DNA of 60,098 nucleotides, counting the filler, from Sphacelaria rigidula (lineage: Eukaryota): the NCBI GenBank assembly GCA_964200075.2. It is 7 parts of 7 records of this genome, joined end to end, with 100 filler letters (N's around TTAATTAATTAA, not from the genome) between each part and the next. Parts side by side here need not be neighbours in the genome. Positions count along the whole stretch, not along the records: positions 51,601 to 60,098 come from CAXNAA020010965.1; 6 more parts are not named here. One strand, written 5' to 3'. The notes below the pieces were generated by a model, which worked only from the letters and a program-made list of their open reading frames with translations, was not told the DNA's origin and ran no database searches. Of the stretch, positions 58,401 to 60,098 are shown in pieces. Both the position numbers and the translations under genes were made by a program. Each line of letters opens with the position of its first letter. The first letter of the stretch is position 1.

Positions 58401-59509
58401 GCCCCCGGGAGGGCAATGACGCCTCAGCGACCGGGGGTGAGGAAGTGGGGGAGCACCGGTACCTCATGGGGAGAAGAGGCGAAGCTGGCTTTGGCACGCA
58501 AGAGACTCCAGTGGCAGAAGTGAGTGGCGCGTGTGTTGTGCGTTGTGCGCGTGTCCCTCTCGTGTTGTGTTTGAGAAGAGAAGTTGAAATTTTCGATTTA
58601 ATGGAAAGTTAGGTTTTGAAGATTCGAAAGTTCAGTCGGTTGGTTTCCCCATCTTGCTGTGAGCACAAGCAAACGTGTTAGATATGTTGGATGTACAGTA
58701 TTACATGTCGTGCTTCTGGTCGTCGTTGAAATCAAACTTTCTGTGGAGCACCGTCCCGTGCCGTCCAGCGGCTGTTGCTGCTGCTGTTGACCGACTGACC
58801 GACCGGTTTGCATTGTGTGTTTTGCATCGTTGAACGTGTGACGCAATCACCTCGTGGGCACAGATCAAGGGGAGGTACGCGGGAAGCAAGCGAATCATTG
58901 AGGCTGCACGCCGCCATGGTGGCCAAGCGAGAAGCGGAGGTGAGCGAAACTGAGCCTACTCGTACTAGACGAAACTGCGGTCCTGCAGTCGCTGCCGAGT
59001 ACTTTTTTGATGACGTATTTTTGTTTGTTGCTTCCGGTGACTTGAACTATAATTCCGTTGGATTCCTTGTCTTCATTCTCATGGTGGGCTGTTGACTTGT
59101 CATACAGGGGCGATGCACTGATTCATTGCTCGCTCGTTGCGTCCAGATTCTCGCCATAGAAACGGACGTGAAGGAGGCGGTGCGGCTATTGGAGGAGCGG
59201 ATAGCGCGCAGGGAGAAAGCAGAGGCAGCCTTGAACAGATGGAGAACGGAGCTGCCCCCCAAGGTGTGTGTGTGTGTGTGTGTGTAGCCGGGCTCACCAT
59301 GTGCACAGATTTTGAAGTTTGTTCCGTCGTCATTCGTTGGATCACGTCACTAATGCGTGCATGCATGTGTGCCTTCACCTCTGCGGCGTTGCTATATCTG
59401 TGTTTACTTGCGGGTGGACGAACGACTGTTCGCGACGAAATATCAACAGGCGTACGATGACGTGATGAGCTGCCTCGCGGGATCTAGGAGGAGCCTAGCA
59501 GTCACGTAG
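52318..59509 (+). CDS. PTEN: PTEN-like phosphatase-C2 protein with long disordered tail, 5'-partial gene model (10 exons, about 1059 codons)
   Basis: Exons 52318-52465, 53368-53572, 54252-54332, 54691-54834, 55178-55336, 55957-56044, 56416-58519, 58864-58939, 59147-59263 and 59450-59509; all introns GT-AG and phase-compatible. Motifs HYKVYN, YPF.D, HCKAGKGR, G.T..SQR and W.NT.F. The symbol denotes family, not proven orthology. Confidence 0.88.
52788..53305 (+). mobile_element. Repeat family A in PTEN-like intron
   Basis: Colinear with 24832-25330. Confidence 0.8.
53368..53572 (+). CDS. PTEN: PTEN-like catalytic exon
   Basis: YPFTDDTCPPLESVVDFCENAKAWLDHDPQNVVSLHCKAGKGRAGIMAACLM...; CAG| acceptor and GCG|GTAAGA donor. 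Confidence 0.95.
54252..54332 (+). CDS. PTEN: PTEN-like exon (TI-loop region)
   Basis: TQGSDLRGQTAMSQRAWVFLYERLIRE aligns to PTEN [20 protein letters not shown]; CAG| acceptor and GAG|GTGAGG donor. Confidence 0.85.
54691..54834 (+). CDS. PTEN: PTEN-like exon (linker / C2 start)
   Basis: 48 open codons between CAG| and CTG|GTGAGT, phase 0 at both ends. Confidence 0.8.
55178..55336 (+). CDS. PTEN: PTEN-like exon (C2 domain)
   Basis: YNPSCAVYQ...ELPRSVVVEGTFQ resembles PTEN C2 CNPQFVVCQ...EFPQPLPVCGDIK; TAG| acceptor and CAG|GTGCGA donor. Confidence 0.82.
55606..55865 (-). mobile_element. Repeat family A fragment in PTEN-like intron
   Basis: Reverse complement of about 24840-25095. Confidence 0.8.
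55957..56044 (+). CDS. PTEN: PTEN-like exon (C2 domain, W.NT.F)
   Basis: VVVSAATGVFGVGKNVLDVWCNTTFLDED; CAG| acceptor and G|GTAAGC donor. Confidence 0.85.
56416..58519 (+). CDS. PTEN: PTEN-like giant exon (C2 end plus ~670-aa S/P/G/A/D-rich tail)
   Basis: The longest ORF in the track (56307-58523) trimmed to a CCCAG| acceptor and AA|GTGAGT donor. Confidence 0.9.
58864..58939 (+). CDS. PTEN: PTEN-like C-terminal exon
   Basis: CAG|A completes AAA (Lys), then SRGGTREASESLRLHAAMVAKREAE; GAG|GTGAGC donor. Confidence 0.75.
59147..59263 (+). CDS. PTEN: PTEN-like C-terminal exon (coiled-coil-like)
   Basis: ILAIETDVKEAVRLLEERIARREKAEAALNRWRTELPPK; CAG| acceptor and AAG|GTGTGT donor. Confidence 0.75.
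59450..59509 (+). CDS. PTEN: PTEN-like terminal exon
   Basis: AYDDVMSCLAGSRRSLAVT then TAG, after a CAACAG acceptor; the acceptor position is uncertain (see findings). Confidence 0.55.
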   Translation, partial: AYDDVMSCLAGSRRSLAVT

Positions 59510-60098
59510 GATGCGTATGTACGCAGAAACCTGTACATACGTGTAAATGCGGGGCAGATAGTTCTTCGCGGCAAATCTCGACCTCTTACTGGGGGGTGAA
59601 ATCCGCCCAAATCTCGATTTTCGTGCTTTGTTTTTTTTATTTTTCTTCGTTTTTCAGCATTTAGACACGGCTCAAGGTCAGACTAAAGCCGCACAACATG
59701 TCAAAACCTGCGTTTTGTGTGTACTGTGTGCCTTTCGCTTGTTTGTTCCGTTGAAACTGGCCTACCTACCCTTGGGGTGATTCTTCGTTCGGATGTTGTG
59801 TTGATGTCATTGTGTTGGCCCTGGGTGTTGGTGTCTGTGACTGTTGTACTGTTGGTGTCCCAGGGGTGGATGGCGTCAGGTCATTGGTTGTTTTGTTTCT
59901 GTTCGTTTCTGTACATGGTATACCTTGGCTGCCGCCAAAATAATTGAAAGCGTGTCTTGCTCTTATACATTATGCTCTTCGTGCGTGTGAGTCGTGTTCC
60001 TTGAGAGCGGGGGGGGGGGGGGGAGAGAGGAGGAAGGGCGGAAGCCTCGATGGTCGGTGCCTTGATTAGAGGCAAAAATACCCGTTCTGTAGAATCTC

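Noticed and set aside
14842-59509. Functional cluster of XRN2, RPC2, PTEN-like gene and hairpins
   Set aside because: They lie on different artificially joined contigs, so co-location has no meaning.
31-60075. Most ORFs in the six-frame track
   Set aside because: They are short, often start at non-ATG codons, and lie in repeats, introns or antisense to real exons, with no recognisable motifs.

Overview
Eukaryotic nuclear DNA, most consistent with a brown alga or related photosynthetic stramenopile (GT-AG introns of hundreds of bp to over 6 kb, and a signal peptide followed by an 'AF' plastid-targeting motif); the species cannot be named from the sequence. The window is not one locus. It is seven unrelated contigs of 8501, 8500, 8500, 8500, 8500, 8499 and 8498 bp joined by artificial N44-TTAATTAATTAA-N44 linkers. 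Supported genes: exon 1 of an XRN2/Rat1-type exoribonuclease head-to-head with exon 1 of a probable plastid-targeted protein; two exons of the RNA polymerase III second-largest subunit (RPC2); and a 5'-partial 10-exon PTEN-like phosphatase-C2 gene with a variant active site, a 2.1-kb disordered-tail exon and a helical C-terminus. Most other sequence is nested non-autonomous transposons (hAT with 8-bp TSDs, Tc1/mariner with TA, piggyBac with TTAA, PIF/Harbinger, CACTG foldbacks), a tRNA-derived SINE, LINE relics and minisatellites. The best leads are two long hairpins, each single-copy in this window, that look like plant-style pre-miRNAs (5880-6141, apparently overlapping an ankyrin-like reading frame, and 22141-22517), and the PRL-like Ala substitution in the PTEN P-loop. 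Nearly all ORFs in the supplied track are spurious. Counts and coordinates were made by hand; repeat boundaries without TSDs are approximate.
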